Of a stretch of 64,000 nt of DNA, positions 37,596 to 46,806 are shown piece by piece. The notes beneath the pieces were generated by a model that saw nothing but the letters and a program-made list of their open reading frames with translations, was not told where the DNA came from and ran no database searches. The position numbers were made by a program, and so were the translations under genes. The DNA comes from Candidatus Iainarchaeum sp. Its GTDB lineage: Archaea; Iainarchaeota; Iainarchaeia; Iainarchaeales; GCA-2688035. The stretch is from assembly GCA_017610205.1 (NCBI GenBank), contig JAFCCL010000006.1, positions 1 to 64,000 of the forward strand, read 5' to 3'. Each line of letters opens with the position of its first letter. Position 1 is the stretch's first letter.

Positions 37596-37671
37596 TTTTT
37601 TTTAAACAGTTTTAATAATTTATTTTAAACGATTTGGTATTTTTTTTTAAACAGTTTTGATAATTTATTTT
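37595..37671. repeat. ~31-bp direct repeat upstream of eno
   Basis: TTTTTTTTAAACAGTTTT(A/G)ATAATTTATTTT at 37596-37626 and 37641-37671. Confidence 0.8.
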
Positions 37672-37716
37672 TCATTCATTGTTTTGATAGATTGAAACAA
37701 ATAAGTCATTAAAAAG

Positions 37717-38142
37717 CTATTTGGACATTGACCTTTTTGGCCGCTTTACAGTCTTTTTTGCTGCCTTTTTTCTTGCGGTTCTTGCTTTTCTCAGTTCGCG
37801 CCCGATTTTTAATTTAAAATGCTGGTTTACATAATTTGAAAAAATTTTCCTGCATTGTTTTTTTGAAAGAGGCTTTCCAAGTTCTATACTGGTTTTAATT
37901 GCTCCTTCAACAAAAACATTTTCAATAGCCCTTAATTCATTCAAAATTTCGGTTTTGCTAAGTCCACTATAATTGATAATGTGAGCTGTTTCCTTCAATG
38001 CCCTTAGTGTAATTCCTGTATGTTTGCTTAAAATCCGTTCATATTGCTTCAAAGCCTGAATTTTTTCGGCGGACGACATTTTTTGATTTGCAACAATGCT
38101 TTCCAATACCCTAAATTCCTGTTCTATTATATCATAAACCAT
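37717..38142 (-). CDS. orphan protein with a basic C-terminal tail
   Basis: 141 aa ending RELRKARTARKKAAKKTVKRPKRSMSK. Confidence 0.6.
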   Translation of the reverse strand: MVYDIIEQEFRVLESIVANQKMSSAEKIQALKQYERILSKHTGITLRALKETAHIINYSGLSKTEILNELRAIENVFVEGAIKTSIELGKPLSKKQCRKIFSNYVNQHFKLKIGRELRKARTARKKAAKKTVKRPKRSMSK

Positions 38143-38216
38143 ATTCTACATTAAAAAAAAATGCATTCTTTTTTAAAAACAATTCTACAAACTATTTTAT
38201 ACTGGAGGTCTTTTTT

Positions 38217-39161
38217 TTGAAAAACAACGATTTGAAGATTTTTGCAGGGGGCAACAATCCAGAGCTTGCAAAGGAAATTGCTTCATACCTTAAATCTGAT
38301 TTGGGAAGGATTGATATAAAAAGGTTTAATGACGGAGAGCAATATGTTCGCTTTAGGGACAACATTAGGGGAACAGACCTTTTTCTTATACAGGGCACCT
38401 CCAAACCTGTTTCTGAAAATTTAATGGAATTGCTTATAATGATTGACGCTGCCAAAAGGTCAAGCGCTGAAAGGATTACTGCAGTAATTCCCTATTTTGG
38501 TTATGCAAGGCAGGACAGAAAAGCTGCTTCAAGAGAGCCAATAACTGCCAAGCTTGTTGCTGACCTTTTAACAAAAGCAGGAGCAAACCGTGTTATTACA
38601 ATGGATTTGCATTCAGACCAAATTCAGGGCTTTTTTGACGTGCCCTTGGACAATCTTACTGCAAGATTGAAACTAATGCAGTATGTTAAGGAAAAAAACC
38701 TTTCAGATTTGGTTGTTGTTGCACCTGATGCAGGAAGCGCAAAAAGCAGCACCAAGGTTTCAAAAGATTTGGGCACAGAGCTTGCAATTGTAAACAAGGC
38801 AAGGCCTGCTGCCGGTGTTGCCGAGTCAATTGGTGTAATTGGAAATGTAAACGGAAAAAATTGTGTAATGTTTGACGACATGATTGATACTGCCGGAACA
38901 ATTTGCGCTGCAGCAGACGCATTGAAAAAAGATGGCTGCAAATCTGTTTCTGTTTGTGCAACACACGGGCTTTTTTCAGGTCCGGCAATTGAAAGAATTG
39001 AAAAAAGCGGAATAGATTTTGTTGTTGTAACAGATTCAATTCCAGGAAATGGCAGAAGGAGTGAAAAGATAACGGTTTTGCCAGTGGCTGACCTTTTAGG
39101 CGAAGCAATTAAAAGAATTCACTTAAACGAATCAGTAAGCAATTTGTTTAACTGGAAATGA
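38217..39161 (+). CDS. prs: ribose-phosphate pyrophosphokinase
   Basis: FNDGE, PYFGYARQDRK, MDLH, APDAG and DDMIDTAGT motifs. Confidence 0.96.
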   Translation: MKNNDLKIFAGGNNPELAKEIASYLKSDLGRIDIKRFNDGEQYVRFRDNIRGTDLFLIQGTSKPVSENLMELLIMIDAAKRSSAERITAVIPYFGYARQDRKAASREPITAKLVADLLTKAGANRVITMDLHSDQIQGFFDVPLDNLTARLKLMQYVKEKNLSDLVVVAPDAGSAKSSTKVSKDLGTELAIVNKARPAAGVAESIGVIGNVNGKNCVMFDDMIDTAGTICAAADALKKDGCKSVSVCATHGLFSGPAIERIEKSGIDFVVVTDSIPGNGRRSEKITVLPVADLLGEAIKRIHLNESVSNLFNWK

Positions 39162-39167
39162 ATTTTT

Positions 39168-39437
39168 CTAAATTTCTTTTATTACTTCTTCATAGGTTTT
39201 GAAAAACTTTTTGAGTTTTTTTATCCTGAGAAAATAAAACTTTTCAGGCGGCTCATATTTTTGGCCTACTAGTTTCAAATCATACAATAGCTTTAAATGC
39301 CTTGAAGCCAGAGATTCACTCATGTTCAATTCTTTTGCGATTTCGTGAACAGACTTCCTTTTCTTTCCGCAGAGGATTTTCAAAATTTTCCTTCTAGACC
39401 TTGCCCTAATAGCTCTTGCTAATTTTTCATCAGACAC
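39168..39437 (-). CDS. ArsR-family transcriptional regulator
   Basis: SRRKILKIL..SVHEIAKEL..SESLASRHLKLL. Confidence 0.85.
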   Translation of the reverse strand: MSDEKLARAIRARSRRKILKILCGKKRKSVHEIAKELNMSESLASRHLKLLYDLKLVGQKYEPPEKFYFLRIKKLKKFFKTYEEVIKEI

Positions 39438-39604
39438 AAGTTATCACTAATATTCATGGAGGGTATTCTTTAAAGTCTTGCTGTAAAATATTTTACGTTT
39501 ATATTTTGTGTAATTTTCATTGCCCGTAATACTATTTAAACATTACGTAGTTGAACAATACTGAAACTATGAAATTTTCTGCATCTCCCGGAGGTGGTTA
39601 AAAA

Positions 39605-40021
39605 TTGAAAGTAAAGGATTTGTATCAAAAATTTTCAGAATGTACTGATCAGGTCAAAGAAACAGATTCAGTAGAAAAGATTATTGGGGTTTTGTTTAGA
39701 AACAAGGCAACAAGAACAGTTTTTGTAGTTGGTAACAAAGGCAAATTAATGGGTGTAATAAGGCTGCAAGAAATATTGGATGTTCTTGGAAAAGACCTTT
39801 CGCCACCGCTATTTTCTTTTACAAAAAAACAAAAAAAGACTACAGCGGTAGATATAATGATTTTGCCGACAGTTGTTCAGCTTGAAGACCCTATTGAAGA
39901 TGCTTTGACTGTAGCCATAAAATTTGGGTTGCAAGACATTCCTGTCTGCCATAAGGGAAAATTGGTTGGAGAATTGGATTGTTTTGAATTAATTTACGGT
40001 TTGAGCAAGCATGGTTCTTGA
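39605..40021 (+). CDS. CBS-domain pair protein
   Basis: VFVVGNKGKLMGVI, TAVDIM and IPVCHKGKLVGEL motifs; GGAGGTG RBS. Confidence 0.85.
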   Translation: MKVKDLYQKFSECTDQVKETDSVEKIIGVLFRNKATRTVFVVGNKGKLMGVIRLQEILDVLGKDLSPPLFSFTKKQKKTTAVDIMILPTVVQLEDPIEDALTVAIKFGLQDIPVCHKGKLVGELDCFELIYGLSKHGS

Positions 40022-40073
40022 GTAAAATTCAGGTTAAGGCAAGCAATAACCTTTTGCTTACAGGTTTGTTATA

Positions 40074-41783
40074 TCAGCTTGTTTTTTCTTTTAGATAAGT
40101 TATAAATTCATCCTGTAAATTTGATATTCTGTTTCTGTGTCCTGTTTCCAAAAAGTATGCAAGATGTTTTAGCAGAATGTTGGATCCGATAATTTCAGGC
40201 AAAACAACATAGTCTGCTTCATTTTTATACAATTTTAATGCATCTTTAAAGTTTTTTGCCTTGGCAATTGCAACTATTTCAGGATTTATTTTTTTTACTT
40301 TTCGCACTACCCCGGCTGCTGTTTCTGTGTCAGGAATTGTTAAAAGCAAAATCCTTGCCTTTGCAAGTCCTGTTTTTTGCCACATTTCTTCATTATCTGC
40401 CTCGCCATACGCTACCGGAATCTTTTTTTCTATAAGTTTTTGGACAATTTCTGAGTCATGATCGACTGCAATAATAGTATTTGTTTCTTTAAGTGCGGAT
40501 GTAATTTGTTGCCCTAATACGCCTACTCCTATTATTACTGTGTGCTTTTTGAACCGTTTTTTTGGAAGGTACTCTAACCTTTTTTCCTTTTCGCCAAATT
40601 TTTTCCTGCATATTTGGGGAAAAAAACGTTTTCCAATTTTGTTTAAAAAAGAGTAAATGCCTTTATTGTGTTCCATTAAGTAAGGTGTTGAAGCCATTGA
40701 AACAGTTATTACCAGAATACTTGCTGAAAACATTCCTGCTGAAAGCTGTCCTAGTCTGAATCCCTGATTGGCAAGAATAAATGAGAATTCACTTGCCTGT
40801 CCAAGTGCCAAACCGACAAACAAAGCGCTTTTGCTTTTTAGCCCTGAACCAAGTGAAATGAAAAAGTAGATAAGAGGGTTGATAAGGTAGACCACAAGGA
40901 ACATTAGCAGAAGAATTGCTACAGGAATCCCGAAAAACGAAAGGCTGACCTGCATTCCTAGTGAGACAAAAAATATTGTGGCAAAAAAGTCCCTAAAGCC
41001 GATTATTCTGCTGGATGCCTCCTGGCTGTAAGGCAGTGATGAAAGTGCCAGTCCGCCAATGAATGCCCCCACCACTATTGGAAAATTTAATAGGTCTGAC
41101 AAGTAAATAAATGCAAAGCAGCAGGAGAGAAGAATCAGATAAAAAAGCTCTGGTGTTTTATCAAAACGATTCAACAGCTTTGGTAGAATTTTTCTGTTAA
41201 GCAAGAAGGCAATGGATGCCAAAACCATAAAACTTAGAAAAAGGCTCCCTGCCCAGGAAAGTGAGAAAAGCATTTGTGGGGCTGCAAGAAGCGGCAGCAG
41301 CAGAATAGCCAAAGTGTCTTGGACCAGGGCAAAGCCAACAATAAGCCTTCCATGTAATGTGCTAATTTTATTCATGTTTGACAGTTGTTTGACAACAATT
41401 GCTGTGCTGCTGAAAGCTAAAATCAAGCCCAAGTAAAGTGATTCAATGAAACCAATGCCTACAAATTGCATTAGTCCCAGTACAATTCCTGTTGTGGCTA
41501 TAACCTGGGTAAGTGCTCCAATTATTATTGCATTTTTTAGTTTAAACAATTGGCTAAAATTTGACTGGATTCCGATAGTAAACAGGAGAAAAGCAACTCC
41601 TAATTCGGCTAAAATGGCAATTTCCACAGGGCTGGTTATCAGGGCTAGGCCCATTGGGCTGATGATTATGCCTGCAACAATGTAGGCGATGAGCAGTGGC
41701 TGCTTTAAGAGTTTGGCAACACAGCCCATCAAAGTTCCGGAAATTATTACAATTCCCAAATCCATCAAAAGAGTTAAGTCCAT
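40074..41783 (-). CDS. CPA2/Kef-type cation:proton antiporter with a TrkA-N domain
   Basis: KQP, ELGVAFLLF.IG, FSSTAIVVK, QD, RDFF..IFFV.LG, QASEF and C-terminal IIGVG..YGEA motifs. Confidence 0.92.
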   Translation of the reverse strand: MDLTLLMDLGIVIISGTLMGCVAKLLKQPLLIAYIVAGIIISPMGLALITSPVEIAILAELGVAFLLFTIGIQSNFSQLFKLKNAIIIGALTQVIATTGIVLGLMQFVGIGFIESLYLGLILAFSSTAIVVKQLSNMNKISTLHGRLIVGFALVQDTLAILLLPLLAAPQMLFSLSWAGSLFLSFMVLASIAFLLNRKILPKLLNRFDKTPELFYLILLSCCFAFIYLSDLLNFPIVVGAFIGGLALSSLPYSQEASSRIIGFRDFFATIFFVSLGMQVSLSFFGIPVAILLLMFLVVYLINPLIYFFISLGSGLKSKSALFVGLALGQASEFSFILANQGFRLGQLSAGMFSASILVITVSMASTPYLMEHNKGIYSFLNKIGKRFFPQICRKKFGEKEKRLEYLPKKRFKKHTVIIGVGVLGQQITSALKETNTIIAVDHDSEIVQKLIEKKIPVAYGEADNEEMWQKTGLAKARILLLTIPDTETAAGVVRKVKKINPEIVAIAKAKNFKDALKLYKNEADYVVLPEIIGSNILLKHLAYFLETGHRNRISNLQDEFITYLKEKTS

Positions 41784-42009
41784 TCAAATCAAATGCCGAA
41801 TGAGTTTTAATTAATATAATTATAAGAAGTATTTAAAGCATTGTACAAGTGGATAATTTAAATAAAGCATTGTACGGTTTGATAATTTAACGCATTTCGC
41901 AGTTGAACAATAATGAAACTAAAAAAGGTAGTTTGTTTTAAAAACCTTGTTAAGCTAATTTTTTTTAAGAGGATAATAAATTTGTTAATTTTTTTATTTG
42001 AGAAAATAC

Positions 42010-42688
42010 TGTGTGGTCTGAAAGACCCGCAGTCGTTATTTTTTTAACCTTGAATCTTTTTCTTTCTTCTATCGCGCGCGACACCGCTTGTGCAGTGCCC
42101 TTTAAATGGCGCGATAGGAGAAAAGATATAATGGTAGTTTTGAGTGGCGGTAGCTGTAAAAATCAAGGGGATACAAGAAACAACTGGGTTACGTTCATGT
42201 TCAAAACAAAGTGTGTGTTCCAGTGTTTTAGGAAGCAGTCGCATATTGATACTTGTATTGCTGCTTTTCGAGAGTTTGAAGCTCATGGCTTTGAGTTTGG
42301 TGAGATTGGTTTTGGTGGCAATCATGCACACTTTAGAGTGAATATTCCAAAGCGTTACAGTGTCGTGGTTGCTGAGATAATGTTGAAGTCCAGAAGCGCA
42401 AAAAGGATATTTGAGAATCATCCTGGTTTCAGGAAAAGGTATCCTCGTGGTTCTTTCTGGTCAGGATATGAGCATCATCAGTCTACAGGAGAGCAGAACA
42501 TGGAGCAGTCGGATGATTATATTAGAAGCCAGCAGGCACATCACAATGTGCAGGTTATAGATGACAGGCACGCACAGTTATCAGCGTTTTAAGCGCCGAG
42601 CGGGGGTACGGCAAGCCCGAACCCAAGTGAGGGCTTGACAGGGAAGCGAGGCGCAAGGGGGTTATAGGGCGCGCAGCCCCCCTATTCC
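42010..42688 (+). mobile_element. IS200/IS605-family element, TnpA only (ends approximate)
   Basis: Abrupt GC shift. A long hairpin TCTTCTATCGCGC...GCGCGATAGGAGA precedes tnpA and a GC-rich structured right end (..ATAGGGCGCGCAGCCCCCCTAT) follows it. Confidence 0.7.
42131..42592 (+). CDS. tnpA: Y1 (HUH) transposase
   Basis: FKTK, NHAH (HUH), LKSRSAK.IF..HP.FRKRYPRGSFWS and YIRSQ motifs. Confidence 0.85.
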   Translation: MVVLSGGSCKNQGDTRNNWVTFMFKTKCVFQCFRKQSHIDTCIAAFREFEAHGFEFGEIGFGGNHAHFRVNIPKRYSVVVAEIMLKSRSAKRIFENHPGFRKRYPRGSFWSGYEHHQSTGEQNMEQSDDYIRSQQAHHNVQVIDDRHAQLSAF

Positions 42689-42952
42689 ATTCCAAAGTAT
42701 GAAGGCCTTAAGAAATTATTCGATGAAAACCTTGAAAAAGATTAAGGCAAAAAAGACTATGGCAAGCAGTTTAGTATCAGAACCGGAAAGGTTTTGGCAA
42801 AACCTGACTGGATTGAAGCAATTTTCAAAGAAGAGGAAGACACACAAAAAGTTTTCTTGGAATATTTAAACCATCAAAGAAAAAGGCTTTTGGATGCAAA
42901 AGAAAAGTTTGGCAAATCAGAAATTCTTCCGGAAGAATTTGAAGCAAAGTAG
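42689..42952 (+). pseudogene. pckG: C-terminal remnant of GTP-dependent PEP carboxykinase
   Basis: IPKYEGLKKLFDENLEKD*GKKDYGKQFSIR...QRKRLLDAKEKFG..I.PEEF resembles the archaeal PEPCK C-terminus. It has an internal TAA (42743) and starts abruptly at the IS end. Confidence 0.65.
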
Positions 42953-43008
42953 GATTGCATTGGACAGCAAGGTTTTAATATCTCCTTGCCCTTACTTTAC
43001 TGGTTTTT

Positions 43009-43170
43009 ATGGCTAACAATCAAATGGTTGGAATGCTTTTGCTTGGTCTTGCAATAGGTAGTTTTATTCCAAGAACTCTGCCGGCACCAGGAGACGCACT
43101 CAATCCGCTAATGCCTTTTGCTGGCTTTATCTTTTTGGCGGTCGCAATAATTTTATTTGTCAAAGGCTAG
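43009..43170 (+). CDS. 53-aa two-TM membrane peptide (not in the ORF track)
   Basis: MANNQMVGMLLLGLAIGSFIPRTLPAPGDALNPLMPFAGFIFLAVAIILFVKG; TATA-like TTTTAATA ~30 nt upstream. Confidence 0.6.
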   Translation: MANNQMVGMLLLGLAIGSFIPRTLPAPGDALNPLMPFAGFIFLAVAIILFVKG

Positions 43171-43206
43171 TTCTTATTTGCCAAAGGCTAAGTCTTATTT
43201 GCCAAG
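43152..43206 (+). repeat. tandem ~22-bp repeat of the 3' end of the small membrane gene
   Basis: TTATTTG(T/C)CAAAGGCTA occurs twice, followed by a partial third copy. Confidence 0.7.
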
Positions 43207-43538
43207 ATTAATTTCATGACAATTGCCTTAAACCCCTTCGACAAAAGCGGATTTTTTTGCTTCACCATTTCACTTGTAAAAGTGCTAGAAAGCTTTTTAA
43301 ATGCCAAAAACCTATTACACTTGGAGATGGTTTGTTAATTATCAAGGCATCAATTTAAAACAAGCAACCGAAACAAACTCACCCTGTTTTAAGGGCAATA
43401 GAAAAAAAGGTTTTGGTTTGTACTCGGCCATCTCCAACCTAAAAGCACTTCTAATTCATATGTCTGAACTCTGTTCTTTTAAATTTCTTCAAAAAAAGCT
43501 AGATTTTTTTGTGGCTTACAATTTTTCCCTTGTTAAGT

Positions 43539-43919
43539 TCAAGCAATCCCAACTTCCTTTAAATGATTTTGTTCTTCTTCAATCAACTTTTCCAGAATTT
43601 GAATATATTCTGCGTTTTGCCCAGGCTTCTTCAAATGCACTAGCAAAGCGTTATCGTAAGCGATTTTTGCATTTGCAAATTCCAAAAAGTAAGTTCTGAG
43701 CTCAGGGTCCTGCCTGGACTTTATCATATCAGAGGCCTTTTCCAAATTAATTTTCCTAGACCTAACAGCATTTATGTATTTCCTGCGGAGCAATTCGTAG
43801 TTCATGAAAAATACCTGCCCTTTTCCTCTTTTCTGAAACCTTGTGGTAATTTCCTTAAATCTTATTCCCTGTCTTTTCCAAAAGGGGTTTATCCCAGAAC
43901 GCCTTCTATTATTTTTCAT
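43539..43919 (-). CDS. basic-N-terminus orphan protein
   Basis: MKNNRRRSGINPFWKRQG..., 126 aa. Confidence 0.6.
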   Translation of the reverse strand: MKNNRRRSGINPFWKRQGIRFKEITTRFQKRGKGQVFFMNYELLRRKYINAVRSRKINLEKASDMIKSRQDPELRTYFLEFANAKIAYDNALLVHLKKPGQNAEYIQILEKLIEEEQNHLKEVGIA

Positions 43920-43956
43920 ACTAAAACCTTGTTTTTCTTAATTTAAATAGATTGCG

Positions 43957-44633
43957 CTACTCTGCCTCAATCTTTCCGTTTCTCAATTCTTTTTCAGTGA
44001 AATCGGTTCTAAGCAATTTTCCTTTTCCAGGCGCAGATAACTGCTTCACACCAATGTTGACTTCTTTCAATTCTTTGGCATTAAAGCCAGCTAGTGCAAT
44101 TGAAAAATTACTAAATCTTGCTATAATTATCCATTTTAAGATTTCATCTTTAGTTTAATTGCACCTGCTTCTTTTCCTAATCTCGAAATCTTTGCGTTCA
44201 GTTTTTTAACTTTTTCACTGTTGGCATTCTCCAACTTTGATTGTTCTTTCACAAGGTAAACCTCTTCAAGGCGCATTTCCTTCATCTTTAAGTCGTACTG
44301 TTCGCTTTGTTTGAGAGCCCATTTGTCTTGCAAGTCCAATAACTCTACAATCTTTTCCAAGAGATAGCTCTCTTCTTGAAATGACTTCCTTAAGACTTTT
44401 AAGTGTGCCTTTTCTCCTTTCACTTGTTATTTTCGAATTGCCCAAAATTTCCAAAAGCCTTCTGGTTTGTTCTCCAAATGTTAGCACTTCCTCTCCAAAC
44501 CTGCGATATCCAATATGTCCTTCCATAACTCCTCTAACTTTTTTTTGTCTCTCCTGCTTCCAGTTTTACCAGAACCCTGAATGGGCTTATGTAAGTTTGC
44601 TGTTCCTAAAACTCTCAATTTTTTCTTTTTCAT
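43957..44633 (-). pseudogene. decayed coiled-coil orphan gene (multiple frameshifts)
   Basis: Successive protein-like pieces in shifting frames: MKKKKLRVLG..KKKLEELWKDILD, ORF 44266-44526, ORF 44136-44423, then KDEILKWIII..GKIEAE*. Confidence 0.45.
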
Positions 44634-44719
44634 TGATAAATTATTGCCTTTTACGTAATTTAAATCTTCTTTTTTTCAATGAATAGTCTTTTTAATTCAA
44701 TTATTTTATTCTATACACT

Positions 44720-45229
44720 ATGAGTGAAAAAGATAAATTGATTGAGGCAGCCTTGTTTATGACTCCGCAGGCTGTTAGTGTTTCAGACTTAATGGAGATT
44801 ATTTCCGAGTCAAATTACACTATGGCAAAGGGAATTGCTTTGAAGTTTATGAAGGAGTTTAATCAAAGGGATTCTTCTCTTCAAGTAGTGCTGGTTGAGG
44901 ACGCTTTTCAGATGGTTATAAAGCCTGCTTATGAGGAAAAAGTAAGGCATCTTGCACAGAAGGCAATGTTTCATCCTGGTTTAATGAAAACCCTTGCTTT
45001 GATTGCGTTCAAACAGCCTATTGCCCAAAGTCTTGTTGTAAAATACAGAAACAACAAGGCATATGACCACATTCACAAGCTTGTTGAAGAGGGTTTTGTT
45101 GCAAGGGAGCCAAAGGGAAGAAGCTATACTTTGAGAACCACTAAAAGGTTTTTGGAGTGCTTTGGAGAGGATGCAATAAAGCAAAAAAAGCTTTCTCCAC
45201 TTCCTGATCTTGTTGAAAATTTGGATTAG
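44720..45229 (+). CDS. scpB: SMC-Scp complex subunit ScpB
   Basis: IEAALF, KTLALIAFKQPI.QS and TTKRFLECFG motifs. Confidence 0.9.
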   Translation: MSEKDKLIEAALFMTPQAVSVSDLMEIISESNYTMAKGIALKFMKEFNQRDSSLQVVLVEDAFQMVIKPAYEEKVRHLAQKAMFHPGLMKTLALIAFKQPIAQSLVVKYRNNKAYDHIHKLVEEGFVAREPKGRSYTLRTTKRFLECFGEDAIKQKKLSPLPDLVENLD

Positions 45230-45244
45230 AATTAAATAAAGGAA

Positions 45245-45898
45245 TTAAAATTCTAATTTTCTTTGAAAAACTTTGTTTTCAATGTTCTTGCTTGTTGCCC
45301 AGCTTTTTCTTGCAAAGTCCGGCAATTTTTTGTTTTTTTTAACCCAGTTGTGCATAAAAGCAATTGTGTTGGGGTCGTGGGGGTACCCTGAACCTATGTT
45401 TCCATACTTTCTGCTGAGTTTTCTTATTGCCTTGTCTCTTTCAACCTTTGCAATTATTGAAGCAGCGCTTACAATTGGATAATTTATATCTGCCTTGTGT
45501 TCTGCCCTTATTTCTAATTTGAATGAAATGTATTTTTCAATCCTTTTTCCAAAGTTTTTTGCAATGGGGTCTGGTGAGTCAACAAATGCCACATCCGGCT
45601 TTTTTTTGAGACTGTTTAGCAGGTAACCTATTCTCATTGCCTCTATTTCGTTCAGGTTTTTTCTGTTGCGCAATGTGTCAATTTCCCCTGCCTTGATGTG
45701 AACAGAATTAAATTCGTGAAGTAACGCTGGCAATATTTTGTTCTGTCTGTTTCTTTCCTTTTCGTTTAATAGTTTGCTGTCTTTGACTCCGAGGTCAACA
45801 AGTTTTTCTTCGTGCTTTTTTTCAATACTTGCAATGCTTAAAACCATTGGTCCAAGGGCTGGCCCTCTTCCTGCTTCGTCAACGCCTGCAATCAGCAT
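45245..45898 (-). CDS. rnhB: ribonuclease HII
   Basis: GVDEAGRGP, DSK, KAD..YP.VSAASIIAKVERD and GSGYP motifs. Confidence 0.97.
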   Translation of the reverse strand: MLIAGVDEAGRGPALGPMVLSIASIEKKHEEKLVDLGVKDSKLLNEKERNRQNKILPALLHEFNSVHIKAGEIDTLRNRKNLNEIEAMRIGYLLNSLKKKPDVAFVDSPDPIAKNFGKRIEKYISFKLEIRAEHKADINYPIVSAASIIAKVERDKAIRKLSRKYGNIGSGYPHDPNTIAFMHNWVKKNKKLPDFARKSWATSKNIENKVFQRKLEF

Positions 45899-45908
45899 AT
45901 AAAAACCT

Positions 45909-46223
45909 TTATTTTCTTATTTTGTTCACGCCTCTGTTTACCAAATCAACGCTTTTGTCGCATTTTTCGCATTCTTCCAGCAAATCCATGCAACGCCTTT
46001 TGTTTTCAATAGCGTTGTTTATGTCTCCTGCTTCAGCGTCTTCTCTTCTAAGTGCATTGAATTTGGTGTGGAAGAATTCAACAAGATTTTTCAGTCCCTT
46101 TTGCACATTCTGCCTTTCAGGTTCGGAACTCCTCAACCTGCTTCTTCCCTTGCACAGCATGCAATGCCTTTTCAAAAAAGCAACTTTGTCGGAAACAAGC
46201 TCTTCATTTGTCAACTCAACCAT
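45909..46223 (-). CDS. hypothetical protein with two CxxC motifs
   Basis: CMLC and CEKC; co-oriented upstream of rnhB. Confidence 0.6.
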   Translation of the reverse strand: MVELTNEELVSDKVAFLKRHCMLCKGRSRLRSSEPERQNVQKGLKNLVEFFHTKFNALRREDAEAGDINNAIENKRRCMDLLEECEKCDKSVDLVNRGVNKIRK

Positions 46224-46249
46224 TTTAACCAGTAATATTATAGTAGTTG

Positions 46250-46690
46250 GTTATAAAAAAAGTTTCTGTTTTTTGTTCCGAAAGAATAAAATAGGGGTTT
46301 GAACTTATTAAGTAATACAAATGCCTAGAAAGCCAGCAAAAAAACCAAAAAGAAAACTAAGCGAAAGAATGCGAAACTGGAGAGCGTACAGAAGAGAGTC
46401 TGCTCCAGTCAGGAAACGACTTAAAGAACTTCGTAAAGGAGATAAAAAACTTAGGAGAGCAACTGATCTTGAAACAATGTTAAGGAGACTGGGAAATTAC
46501 GCCATTGCCGGGGAAGAACTGGCAAAGATTAAGAAAAAATATGGTTACAAATAATTCTTCTTCAACCCCTCAATGGTTTTGCAGGCATAAAAAGGTTTGA
46601 CTAATTAAGATGATTTAAGGATACGTCAAATTCAATATGTTAATATTATGCTTCCATTAAATTAAGTTATAAAAAAAGTTTCTGTTTTTT
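46250..46690. repeat. identical 25-bp direct repeats flanking an orphan gene
   Basis: GTTATAAAAAAAGTTTCTGTTTTTT at 46250-46274 and 46666-46690. Confidence 0.85.
46321..46554 (+). CDS. small very basic orphan protein
   Basis: MPRKPAKKPKRKLSERMRNWRAYRR..., 77 aa. Confidence 0.6.
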   Translation: MPRKPAKKPKRKLSERMRNWRAYRRESAPVRKRLKELRKGDKKLRRATDLETMLRRLGNYAIAGEELAKIKKKYGYK

Positions 46691-46806
46691 TCTGGTTCTA
46701 TATAAATCATTTATAAATTGAAGAAAAGCGTTCATATAATTGAGGTGATTTCATGAATGCTTTGTATCCAATAGAGCTTTCAGGTTTTTATAAGTTATGC
46801 ATTAAG

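Noticed and set aside
43301-43699. 132-aa plus-strand ORF
   Set aside because: It overlaps the more plausible minus-strand gene 43539-43919 and has no motif or RBS.
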